64,000 bases of DNA from Alphaproteobacteria bacterium (GCA_965227515.1 CBDDFZ010000001.1:96001-160000); one strand, 5' to 3'. Positions 13,054 through 27,128 are shown, counted from the stretch's first letter. The notes: a model not told the origin generated them from the letters alone. A program made the numbers and translations.

Positions 13054-14697
13054 ATGGACGATTTTGCGATCAAGCGGACCGACCTTCTGCAAGTGGCGGA
13101 TACGGTCGCGCGGGAAAAGGCGATCGACCGGGAGGAAGTGGTCGTGGCGCTGGAGCAGGCCATCCAGAAGGCCGGCCGGTCCAAGTACGGCCAGGAGCAC
13201 GACATCCGCGCCACCATCGACCGGCGCTCCGGAGAGATCACGCTGGCCCGCTATCGCGAGGTCACCGACGAGATCGAGAACGAGATGACCCAGATCACCC
13301 CGGCCGAGGCCCAGGCGATCCAGCCCGGCATCGAGGCCGGCGAGTTCATCATCGAGCCGCTGCCGCCGATCGACTTCGGCCGCGTTGCCGCCCAGACCGC
13401 CAAGCAGGTGATCTTCCAGAAGGTCCGCGAGGCCGAGCGCGCGCGCCAGTACGAGGAATTCAAGGACCGCGTCGGCGAGATCGTCAACGGGCTGGTCAAG
13501 CGGGTCGAGTTCGGCAATGTCGCCGTCGACCTGGGCCGGGCCGAGGCCGTGCTGCGCCGCGATGAGTTGCTGCCGCGCGAGAACTTCCGCAACGGCGACC
13601 GCGTGCGCGCCTATATCTATGACGTGCGCCAGGAAGTGCGCGGCCCGCAAATCTTCCTGTCGCGCACCCACCCTGAGTTCATGAAGCGCCTGTTCAGCCA
13701 GGAGGTGCCGGAGATCTACGACGGCATCATCGAGATCCGCGCGGTGGCGCGCGACCCCGGCAGCCGGGCGAAGATCGCGGTGCTCTCCAACGACAGCTCC
13801 ATCGACCCGGTGGGTGCGTGCGTCGGCATGCGCGGCAGCCGCGTGCAGGCGGTGGTCGCCGAACTGCAGGGCGAGAAGATCGACATCATCCCGTGGTCGC
13901 AGGACCCGGCGACGTTCCTGGTCAATGCGCTGGCGCCGGCCGAGGTGACCAAGGTGGTGCTGGACGAGGAAACCCAGCGCATCGAGGTGGTGGTGCCCGA
14001 CAGCCAGCTCAGCCTGGCCATCGGCCGCCGCGGCCAGAACGTGCGCCTCGCCTCCCAGCTCACCGGCTGGGACATCGACATCATGACCGAGGACGAGGAA
14101 AGCGAGCGCCGGCAGCAGGAGTTCCGCGCGCGCAGCCAGCTGTTCATGGAGGCGCTGGACGTCGACGACGTGATCGCGCACCTGCTGGTGACCGAGGGCT
14201 TCTCCACCATGGAGGAGCTGGTCCTGGCCCCGACCCACGAGCTGGCCGAGATCGAAGGCTTCGACGAGGATGTTGCCAGCGAACTGCAGCGGCGCGCCAT
14301 CGGCTTCCTGGAGGAGCGCGAGCGCCAGCAGACCGAGCGCAGCCGCGAACTGGGCGTTACCGACGAGCTGGCCGCCATCGAGGGCCTGACGCCGGCAATG
14401 CTGGTCAAGCTGGGCGAGAACGAGATCCGCACCCGCGACGACCTGGCCGATCTGGCCGGCGACGAGCTGGTCGAGATTCTGGGCGACGGCTCGCTGACCC
14501 TGGACAGCGCCAACGAAATCATCATGACGGCGCGGGCGCACTGGTTCGACGACGAGCCGGCAGCGGCCCCAACCGGCGAAGCCGCGGCCGAGGAAACCCC
14601 AGCCGAGGAAACCCCAGACGAGAAAACGGCGACGGACGAGGCGGTGGCTGCCGCCGAAAGTGCGGGCGACGCCGCCGGCGAGGAAGTACAGGCCTGA
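13054..14697 (+). CDS. nusA: Transcription termination/antitermination factor NusA
   Basis: [49 protein letters not shown], acidic C-terminal repeats. Confidence 0.98.
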   Translation: MDDFAIKRTDLLQVADTVAREKAIDREEVVVALEQAIQKAGRSKYGQEHDIRATIDRRSGEITLARYREVTDEIENEMTQITPAEAQAIQPGIEAGEFIIEPLPPIDFGRVAAQTAKQVIFQKVREAERARQYEEFKDRVGEIVNGLVKRVEFGNVAVDLGRAEAVLRRDELLPRENFRNGDRVRAYIYDVRQEVRGPQIFLSRTHPEFMKRLFSQEVPEIYDGIIEIRAVARDPGSRAKIAVLSNDSSIDPVGACVGMRGSRVQAVVAELQGEKIDIIPWSQDPATFLVNALAPAEVTKVVLDEETQRIEVVVPDSQLSLAIGRRGQNVRLASQLTGWDIDIMTEDEESERRQQEFRARSQLFMEALDVDDVIAHLLVTEGFSTMEELVLAPTHELAEIEGFDEDVASELQRRAIGFLEERERQQTERSRELGVTDELAAIEGLTPAMLVKLGENEIRTRDDLADLAGDELVEILGDGSLTLDSANEIIMTARAHWFDDEPAAAPTGEAAAEETPAEETPDEKTATDEAVAAAESAGDAAGEEVQA

Positions 14698-14743
14698 GGC
14701 GCACGACGACGTGGCATTGAGCGCAAGCACAGCACTGGCCGAC

Positions 14744-15511
14744 ATGGGCGCGCCTGACGAACGCCGCGAGGACGGCATCGTGCCCGAGGACGGCATTTTG
14801 AACGGCGGCCCAGACCAAAAGCACGCGGCCGACCACGGGCCCGAGGACGAGCAGGGCCCGGAGCGGCGCTGCATCGTGACCGGCGCGCGTGCCCCGCGCG
14901 ATGCGCTGTTGCGCTTCGTCGCGTCGCCGGACGGCGACGTGGTGGTGGACCTGGATGCCAAGCTTCCCGGTCGCGGCCTGTGGGTCACGCCGTCGCGAGA
15001 GGTCGTCGAGACCGCGGTGCGCAAGGGTGCGTTTGCCCGTGCCGCCCGCCGCGCGGTGCGGGTGGACAGCAGCCTGCCGGCGCGTGTCGAGGCGATTCTG
15101 GTCGACCGTCTCGTCGACCTGATCGGGTTCGCGCGCCGGGCCGGAATGGCCGTCTGCGGGTACGAAACCGTGAAGGCCCGCTTGCACTCCGGCACCGCTT
15201 CGGTCTTATTGTCTGCGTCCGACCGTGATGGCGATGGGCCATCTCGGTTGCGTCGGGCGTCCGCCGCGGCAGGAGTGCGGGTCGTTGCCGCGTTGACGTC
15301 CGAGGAATTGGGCCGCCCATTCGGACGGTCTGACGTCGTCCATGCCTTGCTGTCGCAGGGCCGTCTCGCCGATCACGTGGTGGCCGGCGCTGACAGGCTG
15401 TTGCAGTATCGCCCGAAGGGGTTGGCCGGTGGCGGGCCGACCGACGACGGGCCGACCGAAATTGATGCCGGCGCAGGTGTGCCGGCTGGAGTATCGAACG
15501 TAGATGAGTGA
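14744..15511 (+). CDS. ylxR: YlxR/DUF448 RNA-binding protein fused to an L7Ae-like domain
   Basis: [34 protein letters not shown]; between nusA and infB. Confidence 0.85.
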   Translation: MGAPDERREDGIVPEDGILNGGPDQKHAADHGPEDEQGPERRCIVTGARAPRDALLRFVASPDGDVVVDLDAKLPGRGLWVTPSREVVETAVRKGAFARAARRAVRVDSSLPARVEAILVDRLVDLIGFARRAGMAVCGYETVKARLHSGTASVLLSASDRDGDGPSRLRRASAAAGVRVVAALTSEELGRPFGRSDVVHALLSQGRLADHVVAGADRLLQYRPKGLAGGGPTDDGPTEIDAGAGVPAGVSNVDE

Positions 15512-18062
15512 CGACCAGAAAGAAAAGACGAATAAGCCCCTGAGTTTGTCGGGTCGCGGTCGCCTGCAGCTCAACCGGCCTGTCGAGACCGGTCAGGTGC
15601 GACAGAGCTTTTCGCATGGGCGCAGCAAGACCGTGGCCGTCGAGGTGAAGCGCAAGCGCACGGTCGACCGCCCCGTCGTGGAGACGGCGAAGGGATCGGG
15701 CCGTTCCGGCAAGGGATCGACCGCGCCCTCCGGCCTGACCGACGCCGAGCGGGAGACCCGCGTCCGCGTCGTGCAGCAGGCGCAGGAACAGGCGAAGCTG
15801 CGCCAGGCCGAAGAGGAAGAGGCCGCGCGCCGCGCGGAAGAGGAAGCCAAGCGCGAGGCCGAGCGCAAGGCGCGCGAGGCCGAGGAGCGTGCGAAGGCAC
15901 CGCCGCCGCCCGAGGAGCCGGCGCCCGCGCCCGAAGCAACGCCCGAGGCCGAGGCGGACACGCCGCAGCCCACGGCCGCGCCCGCTCCGCCGGCCGGCGA
16001 CGACCAGGGACGCGCCGTCAAGCGCGGCCCGGCCCGTGCGCCCGCGCAGACCTCGGCGCCCGCCCAGACGCCCGAAGATGCCGACCGGCGCGACGACCGT
16101 CGCCGCACCGACCAGCGCCGCGTTGCCGGCGGCCGGCGCGGCGAGCAGCGCCGTCGTTCCGGCAAGCTGACCATCGCCCAGGCCCTGGACGACAATGCGG
16201 AGGAGAGGCAGCGGTCTCTGGCCGCCGTCCGCCGCGCGCGCGAGCGCGAGAAGCAGCGGCAGATGGACGATCAGAACCGTGGCCAGCAGGAGCGCAGCAA
16301 AGTGATCCGTGACGTGGTGATCCCGGAATCGATCACGGTCCAGGACTTGGCCAACCGCATGGCGGAACGGGCCGCCGACGTGATCAAGGCCCTGATGAAA
16401 AGCGGCATGATGGTGAACATCAACCACGTGCTGGACGCCGATACGGCCGAGCTGATCGTCGAGGAATTCGGCCACCGCTTCCGCCGGATCAGCGAATCCG
16501 ACGTGGAGATGGGCCTGGAGGGTGGCCCCGACGAGGACGAGACCCTGCTGTCGCGGCCGCCGGTGGTGACCGTGATGGGTCACGTCGACCACGGCAAGAC
16601 CTCGCTGTTGGATGCGTTTCGCAAGTCGAACGTCGCCGCGCGCGAGGCCGGCGGCATCACCCAGCATATCGGCGCCTATCAGGTGAAGACCGAGAGCGGC
16701 CACCTGATCACCTTTATCGATACGCCGGGCCACGAGGCGTTTACCGAGATGCGCTCGCGCGGCGCCAAGGTGACCGACATCGTGATCCTGGTGGTCGCGG
16801 CCGACGACAGCATCCAGCCGCAGACGGTGGAGGCGATCCGCCACGCCAAGGCGGCCGAGGTGCCGATTGTGGTGGCGATCAACAAGATCGACCGCCCCGA
16901 CGCCAACATCGACAAGGTGCGCACCGACCTGCTGACCTACGAGATCCAGGTCGAAGAGATGGGCGGCGACGTGCTCGACGTACCGGTATCGGCGTTGAAG
17001 GGCACCAATCTCGACAAGCTGGAAGAGGCATTGGTTCTGCAGTCGGAACTGATGGACCTGAAGGCCAACCCCGACCGCGAGGCCCAGGGCGCGGTGGTCG
17101 AGGCCCAGGTCGAGCGCGGCCGCGGCACCGTCGCGACCGTGCTGGTCCAGCGCGGCACGCTGCGGCAGGGCGACATCGTGATCGCCGGCACCGAATGGGG
17201 CCGAGTGCGCGCGCTGCTGAACGACGAGGGCGAGCAGATCGAGGAGGCCGGACCATCGCAACCGGTGTCGGTGCTCGGCCTGCAGGGCACGCCGGCGGCC
17301 GGTGACGATTTCCAGGTCATCGACAGCGAGGCCCGTGCCCGCGAGATCACCGAGTTCCGGGCGCGCAAGCTGCGCGAGGCCGACAGTGGCGGCGCCCCGC
17401 GCGGCACGCTGGAGCAGATGTTCAGCGCCATCAAGGCGGGCGAGGCCAAGGACCTGCCGGTGGTGATCAAGGCCGACACCCACGGTTCGCTGGAAGCCAT
17501 CAGCGCCTCGCTGGAGAAGCTGTCGAACGACGAGGTCACGGTGCGCGTGCTGCACGCTGCGGCCGGCGGCATCAACGAGTCCGATGTCGGCCTGGCCAAG
17601 GCAAGCCAGGGCCTGATCGTCGGCTTCAACGTCCGCGCCAATCCGCAGGCCCGCGAGATGGCCAGCCGCGACGGCATCGACATCCGCTACTACTCGGTGA
17701 TCTACGACATCATCAACGACGCCAAGGCCCTGGTGCAGGGCATGATGGCGCCGACCGAGCAGGAGAATTTCCTGGGCTACGCGGAGATACGCGAGGTGTT
17801 CTCGATCTCCAAGACCGGCAAGGTCGCCGGTTGCCGCGTGACCGAGGGCATGGTGCGCCGTGGCGCGCGCGTGCGCCTGCTGCGCGACAATGTCGTGGTG
17901 CACCAGGGCGCGCTGTCGTCGCTGCGCAGGTTCAAGGACGAGGTCCGCGAGGTCCAGAACGGCTACGAGTGCGGCATGGCGTTCGAGAACTACCAGGACA
18001 TCCAGGTCGGCGACGTCATCGAGTGCTACGAAGTGCAGCACGTGGCGGCGGAGATCGACTAG
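15504..18062 (+). CDS. infB: Translation initiation factor IF-2
   Basis: [37 protein letters not shown]-terminal SL.RFKDEV.EV. Confidence 0.98.
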   Translation: MSDDQKEKTNKPLSLSGRGRLQLNRPVETGQVRQSFSHGRSKTVAVEVKRKRTVDRPVVETAKGSGRSGKGSTAPSGLTDAERETRVRVVQQAQEQAKLRQAEEEEAARRAEEEAKREAERKAREAEERAKAPPPPEEPAPAPEATPEAEADTPQPTAAPAPPAGDDQGRAVKRGPARAPAQTSAPAQTPEDADRRDDRRRTDQRRVAGGRRGEQRRRSGKLTIAQALDDNAEERQRSLAAVRRAREREKQRQMDDQNRGQQERSKVIRDVVIPESITVQDLANRMAERAADVIKALMKSGMMVNINHVLDADTAELIVEEFGHRFRRISESDVEMGLEGGPDEDETLLSRPPVVTVMGHVDHGKTSLLDAFRKSNVAAREAGGITQHIGAYQVKTESGHLITFIDTPGHEAFTEMRSRGAKVTDIVILVVAADDSIQPQTVEAIRHAKAAEVPIVVAINKIDRPDANIDKVRTDLLTYEIQVEEMGGDVLDVPVSALKGTNLDKLEEALVLQSELMDLKANPDREAQGAVVEAQVERGRGTVATVLVQRGTLRQGDIVIAGTEWGRVRALLNDEGEQIEEAGPSQPVSVLGLQGTPAAGDDFQVIDSEARAREITEFRARKLREADSGGAPRGTLEQMFSAIKAGEAKDLPVVIKADTHGSLEAISASLEKLSNDEVTVRVLHAAAGGINESDVGLAKASQGLIVGFNVRANPQAREMASRDGIDIRYYSVIYDIINDAKALVQGMMAPTEQENFLGYAEIREVFSISKTGKVAGCRVTEGMVRRGARVRLLRDNVVVHQGALSSLRRFKDEVREVQNGYECGMAFENYQDIQVGDVIECYEVQHVAAEID

Positions 18063-18087
18063 CAGTCAACGCGCCTATCCCCAATTC

Positions 18088-18203
18088 CGTCATGCCCGCA
18101 CTTGTTGCGGGCATCCACGTCTTGCATCATTTGCACTGGTAAAGACGTGGATACCCGGGTCTCGGTCCGCCGGAAATTCGGCCGGACCGGCCCGGGCATG
18201 ACG
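18088..18203. repeat. CGTC-tagged palindromic repeat, family A, copy 1
   Basis: CGTCATGCCCGCACTTGTTGCGGGCATCCACGTCTT...GACGTGGATACCCGGG...CCCGGGCATGACG; first ~36 nt identical to the reverse complement of the end of copy 3. Confidence 0.85.
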
Positions 18204-18345
18204 AGAGAATGTTGTTTCGACGACCATGCCTGAGAATACGCGCTCGGCATTCCTTTGGCCGAACAGCAGCGCAATCGCCTCCCTCGCGACATCGCAAATC
18301 GAGCGGTCATCGATAGGCCAATTTATCCGGAAGCAACGTATTGTC

Positions 18346-18765
18346 ATGAGCACCCCCCACGACACCGGGCCATCGCAGCGCCAATTGCGGGTGGCCGAAG
18401 CCATTCGCCACGCCCTGGCCGACATCCTGCTGCGCGGCGACTTTCGCGATCCGGCGCTGGCCAACACATCGATCACCGTGACCGAGGTGCGGATCAGCCC
18501 CGACCTGAAGCATGCACGCGTGCTGGTGTTGCCGCTGGGCGGTGTCGCCGCCGACGAGGCGGTGGCGGCCCTAAGCCGGGCGGCGCCCTATCTGCGCGGC
18601 CAGCTCAACCGCCACACCCGGCTGCGCAGCCTGCCCCGCCTGCAGTTCATTGCCGACGACCGGTTCGCGGAGGCGGAGGCGGTGAACGCCAAGCTGCGCA
18701 CGCTCGACCTGCCACCGGAAATCGACCAGGACGAGGACGACGAAACCCCTGCGAGGGAGGCCTGA
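18346..18765 (+). CDS. rbfA: Ribosome-binding factor A
   Basis: SQRQLRVAE.IR, ITVTEVRISPDLKHA, P.L.F..D. Confidence 0.95.
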   Translation: MSTPHDTGPSQRQLRVAEAIRHALADILLRGDFRDPALANTSITVTEVRISPDLKHARVLVLPLGGVAADEAVAALSRAAPYLRGQLNRHTRLRSLPRLQFIADDRFAEAEAVNAKLRTLDLPPEIDQDEDDETPAREA

Positions 18766-18767
18766 TC

Positions 18768-19781
18768 ATGCGGCAGCGACGCGCGAAGGGCCGCCCGATC
18801 GACGGCTGGCTGGTGCTCGACAAGGATGGCGGCATGACGTCGACCGACGCCGTCAACGCGCTGAAGCGCATCACAAATGCGCGCAAGATAGGCCATGGCG
18901 GCACCCTGGACCCGCTGGCCACCGGCGTGCTGCCCATCGCCTTCGGCCAAGCCACCAAGACCGTCCAGTACATCATGGACGCGGGCAAGTCCTACAACTT
19001 CACCGTGCGCTGGGGCGAAGCGCGCGACACCGACGACGCCGAGGGCAAGGTGATCGCGACCAGCGATGTGCGCCCCGATGCGGACGCGATCCGGGCGGCG
19101 CTGCCGTCGTTCGTCGGCGAGATCGCGCAGGTGCCGCCGATCTTTTCCGCGATCAAGGTCGACGGACGCCGCGCCTATGACCTGGCCCGCGCCAACGAGG
19201 AGTTCACCCTGGAGGCGCGGCCGGTGCGCATCGACCGCTTCGAGCTGGATGAGATCGTCGATGCCGACACCGCGATCTTCTCCGTCGACTGCGGCAAGGG
19301 CGCCTACATCCGCGCGCTGGTCCGCGACCTGGCCGAGGCGCTGGGCACGTGCGGCCACGTTGCGGCATTACGCCGCACTCGCGTGGGCTCGATGACCCTC
19401 GATTCGGCGATTTCGCTGGAGACTTTTGCCGGCTTGGGGCATATATCCGAGCAATTGAAGCACCTGCAACCGGTGGCGATGGCGCTGGACGACATCCCGG
19501 CGGTTTCGCTGACCGATGAGGAAGCGGCTTGGTTGCGTAGCGGCCGGGCCGTGCAAGTGCTTCGCACCACGGATCTGCAACACGTTGCAAATCTCAGCGA
19601 TGGGGAACATGTGCGCGCCCTGATAGGCGATGCACTGGTTGCCATTGCGCGGATCGAACGTGAGGCCGAGGACACCGACACGTCCGACCCATCGCCAAGC
19701 AAGGCGGGGCCGGGCATGGTGGCATCGGTAACGCAGCTCCGGCCGGTACGTGTGATGCAACAGGACCAACGGAGTCACTGA
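18768..19781 (+). CDS. truB: tRNA pseudouridine(55) synthase
   Basis: [47 protein letters not shown]. Confidence 0.96.
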   Translation: MRQRRAKGRPIDGWLVLDKDGGMTSTDAVNALKRITNARKIGHGGTLDPLATGVLPIAFGQATKTVQYIMDAGKSYNFTVRWGEARDTDDAEGKVIATSDVRPDADAIRAALPSFVGEIAQVPPIFSAIKVDGRRAYDLARANEEFTLEARPVRIDRFELDEIVDADTAIFSVDCGKGAYIRALVRDLAEALGTCGHVAALRRTRVGSMTLDSAISLETFAGLGHISEQLKHLQPVAMALDDIPAVSLTDEEAAWLRSGRAVQVLRTTDLQHVANLSDGEHVRALIGDALVAIARIEREAEDTDTSDPSPSKAGPGMVASVTQLRPVRVMQQDQRSH

Positions 19782-20050
19782 TGTCGATTACGGCTGAACG
19801 TAAGCAAGAACTGATCGAAACCTATGGCCGCGTCAGCGGCGATACCGGGTCGCCGGAAGTGCAGGTGGCCATTCTGAGCGAACGCATTCGCAACCTGACC
19901 GACCATCTCGGCACCCACAAGAAGGACCACCACTCGCGCCGCGGCCTGCTGATCATGGTCGGCCAGCGTCGTCGCCTGCTCGACTATCTGAAGCGCAAGA
20001 ATGCGGAGCGCTATCAGTCGCTGATCGAGCAACTGGGCCTTCGCCGCTAA
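19781..20050 (+). CDS. rpsO: 30S ribosomal protein S15
   Basis: [39 protein letters not shown]; TGATG overlap with truB. Confidence 0.98.
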   Translation: MSITAERKQELIETYGRVSGDTGSPEVQVAILSERIRNLTDHLGTHKKDHHSRRGLLIMVGQRRRLLDYLKRKNAERYQSLIEQLGLRR

Positions 20051-20112
20051 CTCTCTTGCCCCGGCGCGCAATCGACAGCATGGCCAGGGCAGTCTAAGAA
20101 CATCCGTCGGGG

Positions 20113-20137
20113 GCCACGCGAGTTTCGCGTGGCTTTT
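20113..20137 (+). terminator. Intrinsic terminator-like hairpin after rpsO
   Basis: GCCACGCGA-GTT-TCGCGTGGC then TTTT. Confidence 0.6.
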
Positions 20138-20387
20138 GGCATATGCCGGTCATGGAGACCGGTTCCCGCTGCGGCCCCCGCGCCAGACCGCCCGCAGCGC
20201 CAATTCCAAAACAAAGGTCCGGCAATTCGCAGGCAGCGTGTAACGCGCTGCACGAGCGTTCCACCGATGGAACGCCAAACCGATCGGCCCCGAGAAAGAC
20301 GAACCGGCCGATCCATCGTTGCCCGACCATTGGTATCCGACCGATGGCAGCGGGCACCGATCGTAGGAAGAAGGTGAGATAGACTAG

Positions 20388-22616
<2,229 letters not shown>

Positions 22617-22631
22617 TCCGGCAATAGCTTT

Positions 22632-22661
22632 GACGCCCTCGCCCTCGCGGCGAGGGCCCAT
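22632..22661. repeat. Solo palindrome related to repeat family C
   Basis: GACGCCCTCGCCCTCGCGGCGAGGGCCCAT versus GTCGCCCTCGCCCTTGTGGCGAGGGCCCAT at 57020. Confidence 0.65.
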
Positions 22662-22791
22662 TGCTATCCAGGACTGTACTGAACCAGGGAGCCTGCCACT
22701 GACCGTGGCGGGCTCCAAGTGTTGGAACTCCAGGCGTTTGAAGCTGTCCTATTGACCCTGCGCGGCGGCTGCGGGAATAGTCGTCGCCGCC

Positions 22792-23445
22792 ATGTCCGAC
22801 TCAAACAATCTCAGCCGCACCGCCGCCGACGCCCTGATCGACGCCGAATGCCTGTTGCTGCGGACAGACCCGCCGTTCCGCATGACGTCCGGCATGATGA
22901 CCCCCTACTACGTCAATTGCCGCCAGGTGCTCGGCGCGCCCGGCCCGCGCAGCGCCATTGCCGACGCCATGGCCGCCGCCGCACGCAACCTTCCCCCGGC
23001 CGATGTGATCGCCGGCGGGGTGACCGCCGGTGTGCCGTTCGCCACCATGCTGGCCGACCGGCTGGCGCTGCCGCTGGCCTACGTGCGCGGGGCACCCAAG
23101 GCACACGGCACCGGCGACCGGATCGAGGGTGCGGCCGTTGCGGGGCGCCGCGTGCTGCTGGTCGAGGACCTGGTCACCACCGGCGGCAGCAGCCTGGATT
23201 TCGCCGCCGCCCTGCGCGACGCCGGCGCGGAGGTCAGCCACGTGATGGTGGTGCTGTTGCGCAGCGCCACCGACGTTGCCGCCGCGTTCGACGGCGCCGC
23301 ACTGACCATGACCCCGCTGACCGATATCGACATGCTGATCGCCCGCGCCGCGGCGCGCAACGCGGCCAGCGCCGAGGTCATTGCCGCGGTCCATGCCTAC
23401 CAGGCCGATCCCAAGGCGTGGTCGGACGCCCACGGCGGCACCTGA
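22792..23445 (+). CDS. pyrE: Orotate phosphoribosyltransferase
   Basis: F..TSG..TPYYVNCR, YVRG.PK.HG...RIEG, VLLVEDLVTTGGS PRPP-binding motif. Confidence 0.85.
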   Translation: MSDSNNLSRTAADALIDAECLLLRTDPPFRMTSGMMTPYYVNCRQVLGAPGPRSAIADAMAAAARNLPPADVIAGGVTAGVPFATMLADRLALPLAYVRGAPKAHGTGDRIEGAAVAGRRVLLVEDLVTTGGSSLDFAAALRDAGAEVSHVMVVLLRSATDVAAAFDGAALTMTPLTDIDMLIARAAARNAASAEVIAAVHAYQADPKAWSDAHGGT

Positions 23446-23449
23446 CTCT

Positions 23450-23566
23450 CGTCATTGCGAGGAGCGGCGACTTTGGTCGGCGCGACGCGGCAATCCACAG
23501 CAACGTCGCGGCCGCCACGGCAATCGCCTGGATCGCCGCGCCGACATGTGTCGGCTCGCGATGACG
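23450..23566. repeat. CGTC-tagged palindromic repeat, family B, copy 1
   Basis: CGTCATTGCGAGGAGC...GACGCGGCAATCCA...CAATCGCCTGGATCGC...CTCGCGATGACG. Confidence 0.85.
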
Positions 23567-23704
23567 CCAATTTCTTGGTTTGCAACCAGCCCTATCGCTG
23601 ACCCGCCACACGCGCCTGATGGCGCCAAAATGAACATTTTCCGCTTCCCGCACGACTGACAGACAAGGAGCCAAGTCGGCACCCACAGGAACGGGGGCGC
23701 TGTC

Positions 23705-24040
23705 ATGCGTGCGAAGCGATTTTTCGGAAGCATAGCCATTGCGTGCGTTGCAGCACTGCTGAGCAGCGCGCAGGCCTGGGCCGACCGCGATCCGCCGCCG
23801 AGCGCCGATGACATGCGCCGCTTCGCCTACGACGCCATCGCGCCGCAGCCGGACGTCAACCTGCCAAATGGCAACGACGCCCCTGCTCTCGCCGTCGTCC
23901 CGGACACGGACCTGCCGCGCCGTCCCGAGAACATGCTGGACGCGGAAATCGACAAGCTGATGGGGCTGGCCCCCGGCCTGCCCGGCACGGATGGCATCGT
24001 GCTGATCGGCGAGCGACGCGTCGAACCCGGCAGCGAATAG
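23705..24040 (+). CDS. Small exported hypothetical protein
   Basis: Signal-peptide-like N terminus (MRAKRFF...AQAWA), GC-rich third codon positions, GGGGG upstream of start. Confidence 0.6.
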   Translation: MRAKRFFGSIAIACVAALLSSAQAWADRDPPPSADDMRRFAYDAIAPQPDVNLPNGNDAPALAVVPDTDLPRRPENMLDAEIDKLMGLAPGLPGTDGIVLIGERRVEPGSE

Positions 24041-24148
24041 GACCTTGGCGCGCTCTGCCCCATATCCGGTCAAGGGTGACAAGGGTTGTTGCGGAGCGAT
24101 ATAAGGTCCGCCACCTTGTCGGCACGACATCGATCTCGGGAGCAGACC

Positions 24149-25444
24149 ATGAGCGCCGTCGTAGCGCTGGACACCATTGGGGATAGCGGCGACATCGAAG
24201 CCGCGATGCTCGCGCTGGGGCGCGACGCAAAGGCGGCCGCCCACACACTGGCCATCGCCACCCCGGAGACCAAGGCCGCCGCCCTGCGGGCGATGGCCGC
24301 CGCGATCCGCGATGCCGTCCCGCAGATCCTCGATGCCAACGCCAAGGACATGGCCGCCGCGACCGAGCGGGGCCTGCGCCCCTCCATGCTCGACCGCCTG
24401 AAGCTGGACGATCAGCGCATCGAGGCGATGGCGAAGGGCCTGGAGGACATCGCCGCCTTCACCGACCCGGTGGGCGAGGTCACCGCCGCCTGGACCCGGC
24501 CCAATGGGCTCAGGATCGAGCGGGTGCGCGTGCCCATCGGCGTGATCGGCGTGATCTACGAATCCCGCCCCAACGTCACCGCCGATGCCGGCGGCCTGTG
24601 CCTGAAGGCGGGCAACGCCGCCATCCTGCGCGGCGGGTCGGAGAGCTACCACTCCACCCGCGCCATCCACGCCTGCCTGCAGCAGGGCCTGGACGCCGTT
24701 GGGCTGCCGGCTGCGGCGATCCAGCTCGTGCCGACCACCGACCGCGCCGCCGTTGGCGTACTGTTGAAGATGGCCGAGTTCGTCGACGTGATCGTGCCGC
24801 GTGGCGGCAAGTCGCTGATCGAGCGGGTGCAGAACGAGAGCCGGGTGCCGGTGTTCGCCCACCTGGAAGGGCTCTGCCACACCTATGTCGATGCCGCCGC
24901 CGACCTGGAGAAGGCGCGCGCCATTATCGTCAACGCCAAGATGCGGCGTACCGGCATCTGCGGCGCCACCGAGACCGTGCTGGTCGACCGCGCCATCGCC
25001 GGTACCGCCCTGAAGCCCATCGTCGCCTCCTTGATCGACGCCGGCTGCGCGGTCCGCGGCGACGCCGACACCCAGGCCGCCGACGACCGGGTGGAGCCGG
25101 CCGAGGACGCGGACTGGACCACGGAATACCTGGAGGCCATCGTCTCGATGAAGGTGGTGGACGGCGTGGCCGGGGCCATCGCGCACATCAACGCCAACGG
25201 CTCGAACCACACCGACGCCATCGTCACCGAGGACAATGCCACGGCCGACCGGTTCCTGCGCGAGGTCGACAGCGCCATCGTCATGCACAACACCTCGACC
25301 CAGTTCGCCGACGGCGGCGAGTTCGGCATGGGGGCCGAGATCGGCATCGCCACCGGCAAGCTGCACGCGCGCGGGCCGGTGGGGGCCGAGCAGCTCACCA
25401 GCTTCAAGTACCTGGTGCGCGGCACCGGGCAGGTCCGGCCCTGA
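24149..25444 (+). CDS. proA: Gamma-glutamyl phosphate reductase
   Basis: [51 protein letters not shown]. Confidence 0.97.
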   Translation: MSAVVALDTIGDSGDIEAAMLALGRDAKAAAHTLAIATPETKAAALRAMAAAIRDAVPQILDANAKDMAAATERGLRPSMLDRLKLDDQRIEAMAKGLEDIAAFTDPVGEVTAAWTRPNGLRIERVRVPIGVIGVIYESRPNVTADAGGLCLKAGNAAILRGGSESYHSTRAIHACLQQGLDAVGLPAAAIQLVPTTDRAAVGVLLKMAEFVDVIVPRGGKSLIERVQNESRVPVFAHLEGLCHTYVDAAADLEKARAIIVNAKMRRTGICGATETVLVDRAIAGTALKPIVASLIDAGCAVRGDADTQAADDRVEPAEDADWTTEYLEAIVSMKVVDGVAGAIAHINANGSNHTDAIVTEDNATADRFLREVDSAIVMHNTSTQFADGGEFGMGAEIGIATGKLHARGPVGAEQLTSFKYLVRGTGQVRP

Positions 25445-26109
25445 CGTCCGACACGTCTTCCCAACTGCTGCCGGTGCCGCCATCGCGCTGGACCCGGAAA
25501 CGCATCGGGCTGCTCGGCGGATCGTTCAATCCTGCCCATGACGGCCATGTGCACATCAGCCAGGTCGCGTTGCGCCGGTTGCGGCTGGACGAGGTGTGGT
25601 GGCTGGTGGCGCCGCAGAACCCGCTGAAGTCGACCGATGGCATGGCGCCGTTCGAAGAGCGGGTCGCCGGGGCGAAGGCACAAGTGGCCGCGGCTGGCGC
25701 CGCGCGGCGCATCCGCGTCAGCCGGTTCGAGCACGACATCGGCGTGTTCCACACCGTCGACACCTTGCGCGCGCTTTGCCGCCGCTATCGCCGCGCACAC
25801 TTCGTCTGGCTGATGGGGGCGGACAATCTGGCCGACATCCATCGCTGGCGGGCGTGGTCATCGATATTTCACATCACGCCGATTGCGATCCTGGATCGGC
25901 CTTCATATTCTCTCAGGGCCTTGATCAGCGTTGCATCGCGTCGGTTCGCAAGGGCTCGACAGCGGCCGCGGCTGGCCGTAGGCTTGGCCGGAATGACGCC
26001 ACCGGCATGGATGTTTCTCCCCATCCGGCGGCATGCGGCATCGGCCACCGCGATCCGAGCGCAAGGCGCAGCGGACGCGCCGCGCTCGGTTGGCAATGGG
26101 TCCGCATAA
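25441..26109 (+). CDS. nadD: Nicotinate-nucleotide adenylyltransferase (start CTG 25441 or GTG 25474)
   Basis: [38 protein letters not shown]. Confidence 0.93.
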   Translation: MTSDTSSQLLPVPPSRWTRKRIGLLGGSFNPAHDGHVHISQVALRRLRLDEVWWLVAPQNPLKSTDGMAPFEERVAGAKAQVAAAGAARRIRVSRFEHDIGVFHTVDTLRALCRRYRRAHFVWLMGADNLADIHRWRAWSSIFHITPIAILDRPSYSLRALISVASRRFARARQRPRLAVGLAGMTPPAWMFLPIRRHAASATAIRAQGAADAPRSVGNGSA

Positions 26110-26119
26110 GGAGGGCGCA

Positions 26120-26500
26120 ATTTCCGCCACAGTGTTGCCGTTCGGCAAAAGGCCGCTTGCGGCCGACGCAGTGCTGCAGATTGTTCAGCACTCTTTGGAC
26201 GACGACAAAGCAGAAGATGTCGTCGTGATCGATCTCAAGGGAAAAACCAGCATCGGCGACTTCATGGTCGTGGCCAGCGGGCGATCGCACCGGCATGTGA
26301 ATGCGATCACCCAGCACCTGGCAGCGGCCCTGAAGGACAACGGCGTGCGCGGTGCGCGCGTCGAGGGCGCCGAAAAGGGAGACTGGGTACTGATCGACGC
26401 CGGTGACGTCATCGTGCACATCTTCCGCCCCGAGATCAGGACGTTCTACAACCTGGAAAAGATGTGGCAGATGCCCGGACCGCAGGAAGCTGCGGTTTGA
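26120..26500 (+). CDS. rsfS: Ribosome silencing factor RsfS (start ATT 26120 or GTG 26132)
   Basis: LDDDKAEDV..IDL, D.MVVASGRS.RHV, WVLIDAGDVIVHIFRPE.R.FYNLEKMW. Confidence 0.94.
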   Translation: MSATVLPFGKRPLAADAVLQIVQHSLDDDKAEDVVVIDLKGKTSIGDFMVVASGRSHRHVNAITQHLAAALKDNGVRGARVEGAEKGDWVLIDAGDVIVHIFRPEIRTFYNLEKMWQMPGPQEAAV

Positions 26501-26544
26501 GGGCCCGTCGTGCCGCCCAGGGGCCAACGTTGAGCTAGGCCGCC

Positions 26545-27000
26545 ATCCGTATCGTCATCGCCGCGGCGGGGCGCCTGAAGGGCCACCCGCTGCAACCGGC
26601 GTTCGATGCCTATGCCACCCGGCTGACCTGGACGCTCGCTGTGCAGGAAGTGGATGTGCGCGGCAATCTGTCGGCGGGCGAGCGCGCCGCCAAGGAAGCG
26701 GCCGGCCTGCAGAAGGCAGTCGCACCGTGCCAGACCGTGGTGGCGCTGGACAGCCGGGGTGAGCGCGCCACCAGCACCGCGATCGCCAAGCGCCTCGCGG
26801 GCTGGGCCGAGGAGGCCCGCCTGCCGGTGGGCTTCCTGATCGGCGGCGCCGACGGACTGGCGCCCGGCCTTCTCGACACCGCGCATTGGCGGCTCAGCTT
26901 CGGCCGCCAGACCTGGCCGCACCTGCTGGCCCGGGTGATGCTGATCGAACAGCTCTACCGCGCCCAGCAGATCCTCGCCGGCCACCCGTATCATCATTGA
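26545..27000 (+). CDS. rlmH: 23S rRNA pseudouridine(1915) N3-methyltransferase (no canonical start at the expected N terminus)
   Basis: (I)RIVIAAAGRLK N terminus, FLIGGADGL, TWPHLLARVMLIEQLYRAQQILAGHPYH. Confidence 0.9.
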   Translation: MRIVIAAAGRLKGHPLQPAFDAYATRLTWTLAVQEVDVRGNLSAGERAAKEAAGLQKAVAPCQTVVALDSRGERATSTAIAKRLAGWAEEARLPVGFLIGGADGLAPGLLDTAHWRLSFGRQTWPHLLARVMLIEQLYRAQQILAGHPYHH

Positions 27001-27013
27001 TGCCAATACAGTG

Positions 27014-27128
27014 CGTCATGGTCGGGCTTATCCCGACCATCCACGTCTTATTGGCCGCTTCGCGGCCAGCTCGTGGATGCCTCCTCGGATCAAGTCCGAG
27101 GACAGGCTTCACACGTGCGGGCATGACG
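27014..27128. repeat. CGTC-tagged palindromic repeat, family A, copy 2
   Basis: CGTCATGGTCGGGCTTATCCCGACCATCCACGTCTTATTGGCCGC...CGTGGATGC...GGGCATGACG. Confidence 0.8.
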
